Source: Octopus vulgaris
Taxonomy: Eukaryota
Length of the DNA stretch: 64,000 bases
NCBI GenBank assembly: GCA_951406725.2
Contig: OX597814.1
Span: 166,656,001-166,720,000, forward strand
Direction: 5' to 3'
The position numbers and the translations under genes are program-made. Below are positions 1 to 12,974 of the stretch, piece after piece. The notes beneath the pieces were generated by a model. That model saw only the letters and a program-made list of their open reading frames with translations, made no database searches and had not been told where the DNA came from. Each line of letters starts with the position of its first letter. The first letter of the stretch is position 1.

Positions 1-376
1 CGAATATCCGTCGAATGTAAATAATGTACATAATTCCTCATCTCTTAAATATAGAATTGAAAATGCTATTAAATTAAATAAACAAAACTAAATATATACC
101 ATCTATACATACAAATTATAAAGAATAAGCTAAAATATAATTTAAAAGGTACTAGCAAAATTCATAGCTATTTCCATACATGCAATAAAGACAGCCACTG
201 CACTGTGGTGTTGGGTAATATCCTGACTTGTGTATATAATAATAATATGCACATGCTTGAATGCCTTCAAATTTAGCAATGAATGTCTTCTGTGATATGC
301 AGTCCCCTAGTTACTATATATCACACAGTGATACATAATCAGTAGGGGGTTGAAACAAAATTTCTCTGGCCTGATA

Positions 377-675
377 TCTTTATATATAAAAGTGAAGTTG
401 TGTGTCTGTCTCCTATGATTTAGATTCCTAACTACTCCCACATTTTGCGGTGCAGTTTAACCAAAACCGGGTACCTTATAGTCGTGATTCATATCGAGCC
501 CTTCTGGGTATTAGCGCGCGTCTACAATGAGTCTACGATTTAAAAAAAAATTTACCATTATTTTTTCCCATTTTGAATGCATTTTTTTGCTATTATATAA
601 GGGAAGTAACTCTCTAAAAATGCTTATATAGTTATTTCCCTTACAAACCCGAGCAACGCCGGGCGATACTGCTAG
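377..675 (+). mobile_element. Non-autonomous Helitron
   Basis: Starts TC after an A, ends CTAG before a T, and has a GC hairpin (CCCGAGCAACGCCGGG) ~10 nt before CTAG. No TSD. A near-identical copy lies at 41771-42046. Confidence 0.85.
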
Positions 676-1032
676 TTACACATAAGTACATTAAAAAAAA
701 GAGGCTTCAATCATAGCAAGGGGATATTGGAAAAAAGTTATAGTTCAAAAAGTTTGAAAAGCTTTGATCTAAACCATATACATCTTTCAAGACCAATGTC
801 AAATACCACATGCGGATATTGATTTTAAAAAATACCTTACAACAGAACTCACTACTTTACGTGTATACTACGAATAATATATTCAAAATATTTTGAATAT
901 AATTCAAAATCAAATCATTTTTACTCAATATCTACTTATTTCAAATCAGATAGGATTCAGATCAAACAGCATTGTCCAAACTCTTGTAATATTGAAAAAT
1001 TGATACCAAAAGAATTTCAACTTTATTATAAA

Positions 1033-1619
1033 CTAGCAGTATCGCCTGGCATTGCTCAGGTTTGTTTCGACCCTTTAGTATTGGAATTTTTGAAAAGTAA
1101 AAATTTTGCATTATGTAGCTTGTTATTCTCTTTAAGTGAACATTTTTCTGGTTGAAATACACCAAAAAAATGGTGACACAGCAGTCAAAAAATCGTAAAA
1201 ATAGGAATTTTCATAGAAAAAAAGCACCTTTTTGATGTAAATAATTTTTGGTGTTAACATGGTCTAAGGAAGGAAGAGCAAGCCTTCTTCTATCATACTC
1301 TCAATTTTGGTCAACTTGCGCCACAGGGTCTCGAAGGAGATAGTGTTACTTGAAGGCTACCAAACCTGCTATACACATCATCATCATTGTTCGACTGTGG
1401 TCGAGACAATGGAATTTACTATGTTACACCAGACTTCACGGTCCATCATAGCATTATGGAGGTCCTGTTGCTGGATGCCTGTATCCCTGGAGATTACATC
1501 AGAGTAGGAGAGAGTGCGCCCTCTGGTATCGCGAGCAGATGGCTTCCAGAGGAGAAAGTAGGGATTACCTCATTTTCAGCTGCCATACACAGACAACTTC
1601 AGCTTTATATATATAGAGA
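1033..1619 (-). mobile_element. Non-autonomous Helitron (related subfamily) interrupted by an RTE LINE
   Basis: The reverse complement has the same 3' end (hairpin...GATACTGCTAG|T) and a similar 5' end (A|TCTCTATATATATAAAGCTGAAGTTG) as 377-675, with a different body. Confidence 0.75.
1378..1579 (-). mobile_element. 5'-truncated RTE-like LINE 3' end
   Basis: Encodes ...LLWKPSARDTRGRTLSYSDVISRDTGIQQQDLHNAMMDREVW..., has a (TGA)n tail and a TSD CTGCYATACACA (1366-1377/1580-1591). Same family as 62929-63224. Confidence 0.85.
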
Positions 1620-3016
1620 TTAAGTCTTCTGACACCAACCTGCCAGTAACTGCCTGTGGTTTATGATACAAAAATTCATTTTAAAATGTTCATATCTAAA
1701 TTTTTTAAATTCCTTCATAATTTTATGAAAGAACCCATTTTGTTATGTTCTAAACTCTAACTTATATTGAAAAAGGTAGGTAAATGACAATTTAACTGTA
1801 AATTCTTCGTTATATTCAAAATCAATTTCAACACACAAGCATGTTTCACAGGAAATACAGATATCACCATCATTTAACATGTTTTCCATGCTGGCATGGG
1901 TTGGATGGTTTGACAGAAGCTGGAGAGCCACAGAGTTGTGTCAAGTGTCAATGTCAGCTTTCATATGCTTTTTATGGTTTGGTATCCTTCCTAAAGCAAA
2001 CCACTTTACAGTGTACATATATATATATATATATATGTGTGTGTGTAAAGTAGGCTTCTGCACATTTTATATCAACCAAATTCTGTTGATAGTTTTATTG
2101 ATTAATCTGAGGCTATGGTAGAAGACACTTGCTCAATGTGAAGTAGAATTGAACTTGAAACCACATGATTGTGAAGCAAACATCTTAACCATACAACCAT
2201 GCCTACATCCATTGATAAATTAGTAGATGACTTCATTTGTGATTAGCAAGATGTCTGAAATCAATTCTTTTATATCTATTGAATCAGTAATCTTGTTTCT
2301 TAAATTTCCTTCTCTAGTAGCATAGCAGTTAACAGCATAGAAGGGAGGAGATTCTCTAGCATGTTCGACAATGATGTTCACTTGGTCAGCCAAAGTTTTA
2401 GCTTCCTTATCTTTCTGCAATATTTGTTAATCAATATATTGTCAATGTGCTTAGCTGTTTGTCAAGCATTAATATATTTCTCTAGGAATGGTAGGTAAAT
2501 AAGTAGAAAGACAAGTGTAAGTTGACAGAGCAATTATGCAACAGAGGAAAGAGCATTTGTATGGAAGATAGCTAGATTGTGCAAATAAAGACTTAACATG
2601 TAGAGGAAAACCAACCATTACTCACAAGCAAGTGTGGCTTCTTATCATCACCATCATTTTAGCCTCCACTTTTCCATACAAGCATGGATGGAGCACAGTT
2701 TCTTGAAGCAGAATTTCTGTGACAAGATGCCCTTCCTGTTGCGAACCCTCACCTGTTTTCAAGTTATACTGCCCCATGACTAGAAGATTGCAAATGAAGA
2801 TCACTGCTTACATAATGAATCACACTAATTTACAACTATTCCATGATGTCAAGGTAAGGAAACAATAAAACACACACACACACACATATACATACAATAG
2901 GCTTCTTACAGTTTCTGTTCACCAAATCCACTCACAAGGCTTTGGTCAACCCTGATTATTTTAGGTGCCTTAGTAGACATAGCCACCCTCTCAACCATCC
3001 CACTCATTATCTAATA

Positions 3017-3701
3017 CAGTGGTTCTCAACCATTTTTTTTTCCTGTGGACCCCTTTCATTTCTGTTTTACTCTACTGGGCCTACATAGCCATTTGAAGTT
3101 TTAAAAAAAAATCCCATTACATTTTGATAATTAAATATCATTGCTGCTGAGACCCCCTTCAGTCATGACTGACCATGGGATTGCACCTAGAAAGTTACCC
3201 TCCCAGGCACGAGTCCAGGCCAGGTTGTTTACGGAAGACCAGCAGTCGCCCATGCATACCAGCCTCTCCTCTCCACACCACCAGTGTTATCCAAGGGAAA
3301 GGCAAAGGCAGATACAGCTTGGCACCTGTGACATCACAACTCATTTCTACAGCTGAGTAAACTGGAGCAACGTGAAATAAAGTGTCTTGCTAAAGAACAC
3401 AACACACAGCCTGGTCTGGAATTTGAACACACAACCTCACAATTGTAAGCTTGACGCTCTAACCACTGAGCCATGCACCTTCACTAAATATCATTAGGAA
3501 TTGTATAAAAAAAAAGATTTTTTTTTTACTAGGAATTGTATAAGAAATTATACAATTAGGATTTGTATAAAAAAGGAAATTTTTTAAATATCTCGAGTAT
3601 CGTAGCAGTATAAGTGTAAGTGATTTATTGCCCATAATTTTTAACAACAAAATCTTACATAGACCCTGAAGGGCCATGTGGACCCTTATTGAGAACCACT
3701 G
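3017..3701. mobile_element. hAT-type MITE carrying a nested SINE
   Basis: TIRs CAGTGGTTCTCAA / TTGAGAACCACTG; degenerate 8-bp TSD (ATCTAATA/AACTGATA). Confidence 0.65.
3143..3484 (-). mobile_element. tRNA-derived SINE, family C
   Basis: A-box-like TGGCTCAGTGG head, GTGTTCTTTAGCAAGACACTT core and TSD TAAATATCATT. Other copies at ~8300-8452, 58568-58890 and 60165-60405. Confidence 0.8.
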
Positions 3702-4699
3702 AACTGATAGAACATCAAAGATGTGATAGCTGGAGAGAGTGAAGGCTGCACGAGTATTTGGTCAGTACATATTCCATATGAGTAGACTTGTCGAAATGTG
3801 AAATGAAGTGCTATGCTGAAGGCCTTAATGCTCCACTTGGCCTTAATGCTCCACAATACAGAAATAAAATCAATGGAAATTGTCATTTTTGCTCTTTAGC
3901 TCCACATCATCTCTCATCAAGTGGACCTGTGATAAAAGGCATTCCATTCATGACCATCCCATGATAATAATGATAATGGTTTCAAATTTTGGCACAAGGC
4001 CAAACATTTGGTGGGTTGGGGGAATAAGTCAATTACACTGGTTCCAGTGTTTAACTTCTACTTATTTTATCAACCACAAAAGGACGAAAGGTAAAGTTGA
4101 CCTTGACAAGCCTTCAGCTCAGTATGTAAAGATGGACAAAATGCAGCTGAGCATTTGGCCCAACATGCTAACAATTCTACCAGCTCACTGCCTTAACAGC
4201 AACAACAATAACAACAACTACAACAACAACAATAATAATCCTTTTTACTAAAGGCACATAGCAAGACTGAAGCTTCCACCTCGGTTCACTGATTATGGAC
4301 AAGCCGGTACCCATTGTGGACCACTGGTCACCAGCAACAATTGCTGTGAGACAAGTGGAATAATAATACCTTCTACTATAGGTATAAAGCCTAAAATTTT
4401 GGGAGAGGGGGCAAGTTGATTACATCAATCCTAGTGTGCAATGTTGAGGAAAGGGTTATTAGTCAATTAAATTAACCATAGTACTTGACTTTGCACTTCA
4501 TTTATCAACCTGAGAAGGATGAAAGGCTGAGTGGATCTTGGCAGGATTTGAACTCAGAGTATAAAAAAAAAAAAGAGAAGAAATAACTACAAGCAAAAGA
4601 GCAAAAGAGTACCAAAGAAGTAATTTCGTAATATAAAGGGAAGAAAATGTGGCAGTGTCAGGGGTTACAATTTAGTGTATTCAGGAATGTGGTGTGGGA

Positions 4700-6420
4700 C
4701 AATGGCACCATGGAAGTAAAGTTATGATGGTGCCAAGGTAGCAGATCTAGATAAGTGATGCAGCAATACCAGCTATAAAATGTGGGACAGCTAGACAAAT
4801 ATTGTGATGGCACAGAGCAGAAATATGGTTATGGCCATGGTGGAGATGTTGGATATGTGCCATAGAGATAATGTGGTGCAGCTAGAGAAGGGATGTTGTG
4901 ACCTCAGAAAGACAATGGTGTGGAATAACACAAATAATGTTGTAATGCCAGGGGAACAAGGTATTGTTAGTAATACAGAAGCAGTAATTTGCAATACAGA
5001 AGTTATGTGGCAACACCATCAAAGCAATTAAGTGATTGCAGCAGCAGAGCAATGTGATAGCAACATAGAAGCAATGGTTAAAAGCACAGGAACAATATGA
5101 TGGTCGCAGAGAGGCAATGTATTAGAAATGGGAACCACTATGGTGGCAAGAGAGAGGTAATGTAATATCAATACAGAAGCAATATAGTAGCAGCATAGAA
5201 GCAACAGTAAAGCAGTATTTGTGCAACAGTGAAGCAATGTGATAACAACGTAACAACAATGTGGTATCAACATAGAAGCAATATATATGCAATACAGCAT
5301 AGAAGCAATGTAGTAACAACAGAGAAGCAATATGGAATCAACAAAGAAGCAATATATGAAGCAACAAAGAAACAAAGTGGTAGCAACAAAAGAGCAATGT
5401 GATAACAACATAACAGCAATGTGGTATCAACATAGAAGCAATATGAAGGGAGAGAAAAGCAATGTGATAGGAATGGAGAAGTAATGTGGTAGCAACAGAG
5501 AAGTAATGTAGTAGGAACAGGAAGAACTATGGTGGCAACAGGGAGGCAATGTAATAACAACACAGATGCAATACAGCATCGAAGCAATGCAGTAACAACA
5601 GTGAAGCAATGTGGAATCAACACAGAAGCAATATATGAAGCAACAAAGAAACAAAGTGGTAGCAACAAAAGAGCAATGTGTAATAACATAACAGCAATGT
5701 GGATTCATCATCATCATCATCATCGTCATCGTCATCGTCGTTTAACGTCCGCTTTCCATGCTAGCATGGGTTGGACGATTTGACTGAGGGCTGGCGAACC
5801 AGATGGCTGTACCAGGCTCCAATCTTGATCTGGCAGTTTCTACAGCTGGATGCCCTTCCTAATGCCAACCACTCCGAGAGTGTAGTGGGTGCTTTTACGT
5901 GCCACCAGCACGGGGGCCAGTCAGGCAGTACTGGCAACGACCACGCTCGAATCTTTTTATGCATGCCACCAGCACAGGTGCCAGTAAGGTGATGCCGGTA
6001 ACGACCACACTCGACTGGTGCCTTTTACATGCCACTGGCATGGAAGCCAGTTAGCCGCTCTGGCAATGATCACGCTTGGATGGTGCTCTTAGCACCCTAC
6101 TAGCACAGGGCTCAAGTGACAGTAAGGCGACGCTGGAAACGATCACACTTTAATGGTGCCTTTTATGTGCCATTGGCACGGAAGCCAGTTCGCCGCTCTG
6201 TCAACGATCACACTCGTATGGTGCTCTTTGCACCCTGCTAGCACGGATACCAGTCATTGAATTTGATTTTGATTTCATAGAAGTAATATAAAGCAACAGA
6301 GAAGCAATGTGGCAGCAAGAAGGAATGAGGTAGCAACAGAAAGGCAGTATATTTGCAACAGAGAAGCAACATAGTAACAACATAGAAGCAATGTGGTATT
6401 AACAGAGAAGTAATGAATTT
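4700..6420. repeat. Degenerate minisatellite (GAAGCAATRT/CAACA-rich, ~20-nt unit) interrupted by a SINE
   Basis: Recurrent AGAAGCAAT(G/A)T motifs and a ~100-bp internal duplication (about 5330-5425 vs 5610-5702). Confidence 0.75.
5706..6277 (-). mobile_element. SINE-like repeat, family D ((GAT)n tail, internal ~60-bp repeats)
   Basis: Shares the conserved GGCGTTAGGAAGGGCATCCAGCTGTAGAAAC...CCAACCCATGCTAGCATGGAAAGCGGACGTTAAACGATGATG segment with 9205-9590, 20455-20983 and 57141-57710. Confidence 0.8.
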
Positions 6421-7379
6421 CTGCCAATATTGAAGTAAAAAAAGTTTACCAAGTGTACATAATACTATTCTACAGTTATGCTGTTTTAAAATATAAAAAG
6501 TATGAGTAACCAAAGATGGTGTCGTTGAAAATAGTAGAAACAGCTAAAACCTATTAAAATATTCAACAGAACTCATCAGTAGTCGGAGGCTTTGCTGCAT
6601 TGTTTACACAAACTGAATTAACAAATAAAACATTAACAGAAATTTGTCTAGATGAGATATGCTTCTGAAGAAGTGCATCTGTTTCTCTGTAAGTTTTTAT
6701 GTACTTACTAGCACACACATACAGATATACACAAACACACAGAACAAATTTGCATACACGCAAATATGCATATAATTTTTCAAGATATAAGCTAGTTATG
6801 TAAAGTGATGTAGCAGTGTTAGTTTTTCAGTTTCTTACAAATGTAACCGTAGCAGCACATGCACACATACACTTCAGTTCTTTTTTTTTTTGTTTTTTTT
6901 TTAAGGCTTAGTTAAAGGAGGGAAAACAGCATCCATGAACCTTTATAGGGCTTCTGAATTAGTGCAAAAAAGTGAAAGTTATCTTAAAATAACCTGGAGA
7001 CATGGGCTGATTGTTTGCTGGCTTGAATGACTTGGTTGAATGACCAAATCCAAGCTTCTCTGCTAGTTCCTGAACAGTTACAATGGGATTTCGTAGGTTT
7101 AAGCATGTATTCACCCAACTCATGCCATTATAGAAGAAGAGATGTAAAATGAATGAAATACACAATCCCTGTTTCACTTAATTTTGATAATTATCAATAA
7201 TTTGAAAATACTTAATGAAATAATTAAATTTATTATATTTACTTTTGTGTAAGTTGCACTCATAAATAAGTCACACCCCTAATTTAGGGTTAAATCTTAA
7301 TACGAAATTTGTTGCCTCCATATTCAAATTGGCCCCATGTATAAAACACATCCCAGTTTTTACCATTTAAAATCAAGTT

Positions 7380-8280
7380 TTGAGTCATCCCATAGATAAT
7401 GCGGTTTTTTAAATATTTCTTTTATTTTTCAAAATTAAAATAAAGTTCTTTTTTAATCTAAAATATAGTTTCCTTCATTTTCTACAATGCTCTTCCATCT
7501 ATCTGGTAAACTTGCAATGCCCCTCTTCCAAAATTCACTTGCATGTCATGAAAAATACTCTTCCAGTACTGTTCTGACAATGTCTACAGAATTCATATTT
7601 TTTCCATCCCAATCATTTTGAAGACTGTGGAATAAATGATAATCAGATGGGGCAATGTTTGGTGAATATGATGGGTGGAGCATTGTTTCCCATTCAAACT
7701 GCTCCAGCCTCTGGAATGTCATCCTTGCTGTATGTGGCCAAACATTATCTTGATGGAAGAACACCGTTTATCTTGAAACCAAAGATGGTCATTTTTTCTT
7801 CTAGCGCTGACTTGAATGACTGGTTGAATGACCAAATCCAAGCTTCTCTGCTAGTTCCTCAACAGTTACAATGGGATTTTGTTCCATCAAGGTTTGCAGG
7901 ATGTCCTTGTCAAGCTCTACAGATCTTTGAGGATGGAGCTTGTCTTCTAGGCTGTAGATTCCAGCTCGAAATTTTTGGAACCACCATTGACACTGGCTTA
8001 CGCATATACTGCATTAATATTCTTCACACTTTCTGTTGCATTGTTGCCTTTATTGAACTCATAAAGCAAAATATGTTGAATATGCTCCTTTGTCACTTCC
8101 ATTATAGCTTTGAAAAAAACTGTTAAAATTGAACTGCACTCTTCAAAATTTACACTAAGAATAAGGATAAGGTAAAATTACTACCTGCTTTTATAGCAAG
8201 TTGATGCAAGTAGTTTATCACATGCCCCTCTGACTTTTAGCTCATGCAATTGAAAAAAACTTATTTACGGGATGACCCAA
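7380..8280 (-). mobile_element. Internally deleted mariner (DD34D) transposon relic
   Basis: TIRs TTGRGTCATCCCRTARATAA. The N-terminal HTH region (YEFNKGNNATES...WWFQKFRAG) is joined directly to the C-terminal HQDNVWPH...HPSYSPNIAPSDYHLF; the central DE region is missing. A ~60-bp piece recurs at 7029-7090. Confidence 0.9.
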
Positions 8281-8598
8281 AATAAAATAGTGCCACTCAT
8301 ACACTGTCCATCTCAGGATTACTCATTTTTGCCAATTGAGTGAACTGGGACAACGTGAAATGAAGTGCTTTGTTCAAGAACATGACACATTGCCCAGTCC
8401 AGGAATCAAAACCACAATCTTATGATCATGAGTCCAATAAGCCATGCACCTCTACTTTTATACATGAGTAAATACAGTAAGTATGACACTTCAAAACAAG
8501 AGGTTTCATGTTATAAAACTTCTTTAATGCTAATACCTAATCTTTGGGTACTTTTAACAACATATTTCGTATCATAAGACTAGGGCTGGATTAAGACC

Positions 8599-9047
8599 TG
8601 TAGTGACGCCTGGTTCCAGACGCCATTTTGGGATCTTCATCCATGCATGCGCAGGGATTAGAGCCTTCCGGAAGGCCTGCCAGAAGTCCCTTATGCGCAT
8701 GCGCAGTCATCGGCAGCAGCTAGGCTTGACCGCTATTCTCTCTCTCTTAGCCGCTGCTGCCAACCGAGCCGGATGCAACTTGAACAGCTCCGTGTGGCTG
8801 GAATTCTGAAGGCGATTCACGACTTGGACGAATCTGTGAAGAATGTCTTCACAATTGTGATTAAACCGACTCTGCTGTTTCCGCACCAAGACGATCTGGC
8901 TACCGATTGTCCAGAGATGCAATGCTTGTACAGACAGAAAAATAAATATTGTTATTTGTTCAGAGATTCTTGTTCCTGCTATTTTCCTATCTATGACTAT
9001 GTAAGGAATTGTGAGGCACCCATCAAGTGCCAACCTCACTTCCTACA
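8599..9047 (+). mobile_element. Solo LTR (Gypsy-like)
   Basis: TGTAG...CTACA inverted termini, perfect 4-bp TSD GACC (8595-8598/9048-9051), internal AATAAA at ~8941, GC-rich relative to flanks. Confidence 0.85.
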
Positions 9048-9204
9048 GACCCATAGAGAGGACCTAAGCACATTAAAGATTTTGATGCCCCCATATATAT
9101 GTAATTCAAAATATGAACAATAATAAACCATAAAATTAATTTTTCATTTTCAAAATGAAACAAAACTAACAGTAAGATGGAAAATAATATTTATTTTTGT
9201 ATAC

Positions 9205-9590
9205 TTGTGCCGGTGGCACGTAAAAAGCACCATCCGAACGTGGCCGATGCCAGCGCCACCTTGACTGGCTTCTGTGCCGATGGCACGTAAAAAGCACCAT
9301 CCCAACGTGGCCGATGCCAGCTCCGCCTTGACTGGCTTCTGTGCCGGTGGCACGTAAAAAGCACCAACCAATCGTGGCCGGTGCCAGACTCCCCTGGCAT
9401 CTGTACCGGTAGCACGTAAAAAGCACCCACTACACTCAAGGAGTGGTTGGTGTTAGGAAAGGCATCTAGCTGTAGAAACACTGCCAGATCAGACTGGAGC
9501 CTGGTGCAGCCTCCTGGCTACCCAGACCCCAGTCGAACCGTCCAACCCGTGCTAGCACGGAAAACGGATGTTAAACGATGATGATGATGA
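9205..9590 (+). mobile_element. SINE-like family D copy
   Basis: Tandem GGCACGTAAAAAGCACC repeats followed by the conserved 3' segment and a (GAT)n tail. Confidence 0.8.
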
Positions 9591-9772
9591 TACTTCTACT
9601 TTATTTATACTTGAAAACTCTTATCCTACTTTTTTCAATTGCAAAGTCCTTGAATCAGATCCTCCCTATGATATCATAACCACTTGAATCAGATTCTCAC
9701 TATGACACCATGACCACTTTGAAATTATATTTCTGATTGTATAAACCACTTTGAATATTATTTTAGCAAATT

Positions 9773-9990
9773 TAACCTTTTAGCATTCACATTATTCTGT
9801 TAAAATTAATGCTTATTTATTCACATTGATTTGAATTAATCATGAATTATCTCATAGCTATGAGATTTTGATGAGGTAACCTAATTTTTAGAATATTGTA
9901 GGGTTGGTTTGAGAGGCCAGATCTGGCCAGTTTGAACATAAAACAGCGGAAATATTTTGCCCATATATGGCTGGTATAAATGCTAAAGTG
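9773..9990. mobile_element. piggyBac-type MITE (TTAA-CCCTTTAGC family)
   Basis: TTAACCYTTTAGCATT...AATGCTAAAG termini. Other copies at ~15917-16142, 17913-18523 (SINE-interrupted, ends AAAGGGTTAA) and 25984-26200. Confidence 0.65.
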
Positions 9991-10224
9991 ATTTTTTTTG
10001 TACTGTAAACCATTTACCATTCCTGTGGCGCCCTCCTTCTCTTGATGCCCTAATAACATGCTTATTTTGCTTGCATAAAAACCCTTGTTTTATAATACAA
10101 AATAGAAGCTGCTAAAGGCTACCAAGTGCCAGGCTTTGGTGTTAAACCAGGTGATGGATGAATTCTATCACATGAATTCTATCACAGGAATGGTCCGTTC
10201 ACTTAAGCTTCCAATCCACTTTCT

Positions 10225-10425
10225 TACTACACACAGAGGGGACAAACAAACAGATTAAGTTGATTACATCAACCCCAGCGCATAACTGATACTTAATTTA
10301 TCGACCCCAAAAGGATGAAAGGCAAAGTCGACCTCAGCGGAATTTGAACTCAGAACGTAAATACAGACGAAATACCGCTAAGCATTTCGCCTGGCATGCT
10401 AACGTTTCTGCCAGCTTGCCACCCT
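10225..10425 (-). mobile_element. tRNA-derived SINE, family B
   Basis: GAGCTGGCAGAAACGTTAGC head, GAGTTCAAATTCC B-box and GCCTTTCATCCTTTCGGGGTCGAT core (resembles the MetaSINE domain). Further copies at 17300-17530, 18592-18820, 24420-24640, 40913-41145 and 58393-58918. Confidence 0.8.
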
Positions 10426-10719
10426 TCCAATCCACTTTCTTCCAACCAAATTTCACTCACAAGGTTTGGGTCAACCTGAAGCTATGACAGAAGATACCAT
10501 GCAGTGGAATCAAACCCAAAAGCACATAGTTGTGAAGAATCTTTTTTTTTTTATGCAGCCAAGAATGTGGCTGTGAGAGAATCCAAACGAGAATTCTGAA
10601 TCTCAACATTTAAGCCTGTATTTTCATGAGATGGAGATGAATATCACAGTTTTAATTTTAATAAAAAGTTACTTAGTTACTCATCTAATTTAGGGAGCCT
10701 GCCTCTGCATATGATGTGA

Positions 10720-11045
10720 GGAGGGGAGGGAGGAAGGAAAGAAGGAAGGAAGGAAAAATGGAAGGAAGGAAGGAAAAATGGAAGGAAGGAAGGAAGGAAG
10801 GGAAAAAGGAAGGAAGGAAAAAAGGAAGGAAGAGAGAAAGACAGGAAGGAAAGAAGGAAGGAAGGAAGGAAAAAAGGAAGACAGGAAGGAAGGAAAGAAG
10901 GATGGAAGGAAGGAAGGAAAGAAGGAAAGGAAGGAAAGAAGGAAGGAAGAGAGAAAGACAGGAAGGAAGGAAGAAAGGAAGGAAGGAAGAAAGGAAGGAA
11001 GGAAGGAAGGAAGGAAGGAAGGAAGGAAGGAAGGAAGGAAGGAAG
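10720..11045. repeat. (GGAA)n compound microsatellite
   Basis: Direct observation; it explains the R/K/E/G-rich ORFs. Confidence 0.97.
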
Positions 11046-11446
11046 GGCCAGATACAGAAAGAGATAGAAACAGACAGACAGAGAAAATACTACTAAACTG
11101 GTAGAACTTTATGGCTCATCTTCATATGGGTTTGCTGGCTATAAACAATGGTTAAATTAACAGTGTGTTTGGTTTGCAATCCACTGTGAAAGCATGTCCA
11201 GGTTTCTTCATATGTCTTGAGATATTTCACAAGCTTTGGAAAGAAAAGGCTCACTGAAACTGTCATTTGTTTCCAGTTTTCTGCATAAACATGCCCAGGC
11301 TGTTCGTCATTCAACAGACTGGGAAATTAATTCCTCATTCAGAAACAAGCAGGGTTTGGTGTCAGGAAGGACATCCAGTCACAGAAAACTTTTGTCCCTG
11401 TGTACAATCATCTGACCCATGCAAGCATGAAAAAGTAAACGTTAAA

Positions 11447-11468
11447 ATGATGATGATGATGGTGATGA

Positions 11469-11502
<34 letters not shown>

Positions 11503-11538
11503 GGTGGTGGTGATGATGATGATGATGGTGATGATGAT
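11447..11538. repeat. (ATG)n/(GTG)n trinucleotide repeat (SINE D tail)
   Basis: Direct observation; follows ...AAACGTTAAA. Confidence 0.9.
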
Positions 11539-12974
11539 ATTCTGTTGTCATGTTGCAGAAGTTAAGCATCATCACCATTTTAATGTCCACTTTTCCATGC
11601 TCAAATGGGTTGGATGGAATTTTGTTGAGGCAGATTTTCTACAGCCCGATACTCTTCCTGTCACTAACCCTCAAATATTTCCATGTAAAGTAATATTTCC
11701 CCATGACCAGACATGTTTTTGCAGAAGACTGAGAATAAAGGACACTGTGCTTACATGATGAAAACATTTGTTTACAACTATCATGTGATGCCAAAATAAG
11801 GAGACAGTAACACACACACACATATACAGATAGATAGATAGATAGATAAATGGATAGAGGACTGGCTTCTTGCAGTATCCATCTACCAAATCCACACACA
11901 AGGCTTTGGTCAGCCTGGGGTTAAAGGAAAAGACATTTGTCCAAAGTGCCATACAGTGAGATTGAACTTAAAATTTTTATGGTTGGGAAGCAAACTTCTT
12001 ACCACACAGCCACACCTGCACCTAAGAATACAAATAAATAATGTAAACCTTAACCTTATACAAAAATAACTGGTGGGCAACAAATTTCTTCTCTTTCTTT
12101 GACTATCGGTTCACTTTTAATCGGTGACATTTAGATTTCATCGATTATTACATAAACTAATAATTACACAACTCTTTTGATACTAAAGCCCACGAGACTG
12201 CTTCTGGTTTTATGATGTGTAACCTCTTGTTTCAAAGTGTCATGTTTAAATTAAAACCTTTAATCTCAATTTCATGTGAAGAAGTTTTGTCACGATATCT
12301 TCTAAGCAGCAGCTTAATAAAGAAAAAAAAAATTAATTATATTACCAAATCGCTCCAAATTATAGGTTATTAACGAAATTAATTGAAACATATGGATAGT
12401 GTATAACATTTATTTTACATCTGTTTTTCTATGCTAGCATGGGTTAGACGAATATGTATAACTGTAGCATTGTTTTAGAGCTGACTATTCTTCTTGTTGC
12501 TAATTTTTAACTATTGTTCAAGTGAGTTTTTATTCAGCTCATCTTTGAAAATACAAATTTGTTGACAGGGAAATGACAACAGGGATGACTGTCCATAATT
12601 CAGCAGTTTTTCTTGTGGTTGCATTTTTCATATAATTTCAAAATACAAAGTATTACTCAGATACATCCATGCATACACACACATACACAGACACACACAC
12701 AAATACAAAAACACATACATATCGTGGCTTGCTCAACACTGACATGTCACGCATTATAACAATGTACTTCATCATCTGCATGATTGGCATACCTCGCTGA
12801 CTGCTTTTCTTTATTTTGCACACAGACCATGACACAGAGGGGGACGGCACAAGGACAGATAGAACACCACAGTGGGGACACAAAACATAAAACGAATGAA
12901 TGAAATGGATAATAATTAATGAGGATGTAATGGCTACTTGAACCCCACCCTCAAGCAGTAACATTTAACTGTTT

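Noticed and set aside
2220-2420. Protein-like 66-aa ORF on the minus strand
   Set aside because: In-frame stop just upstream, no convincing splice acceptor and no recognisable motif. A TBLASTN/BLASTX search would be needed.
5028-5735. Cys/Leu-rich ORFs
   Set aside because: Products of the degenerate minisatellite, open in several frames.
8707-9123. Overlapping 110-116-aa ORFs
   Set aside because: They lie largely within the solo LTR and show no recognisable domain.
10716-11104. R/K/E/G-rich ORFs of 108-126 aa
   Set aside because: Translation of the (GGAA)n microsatellite.
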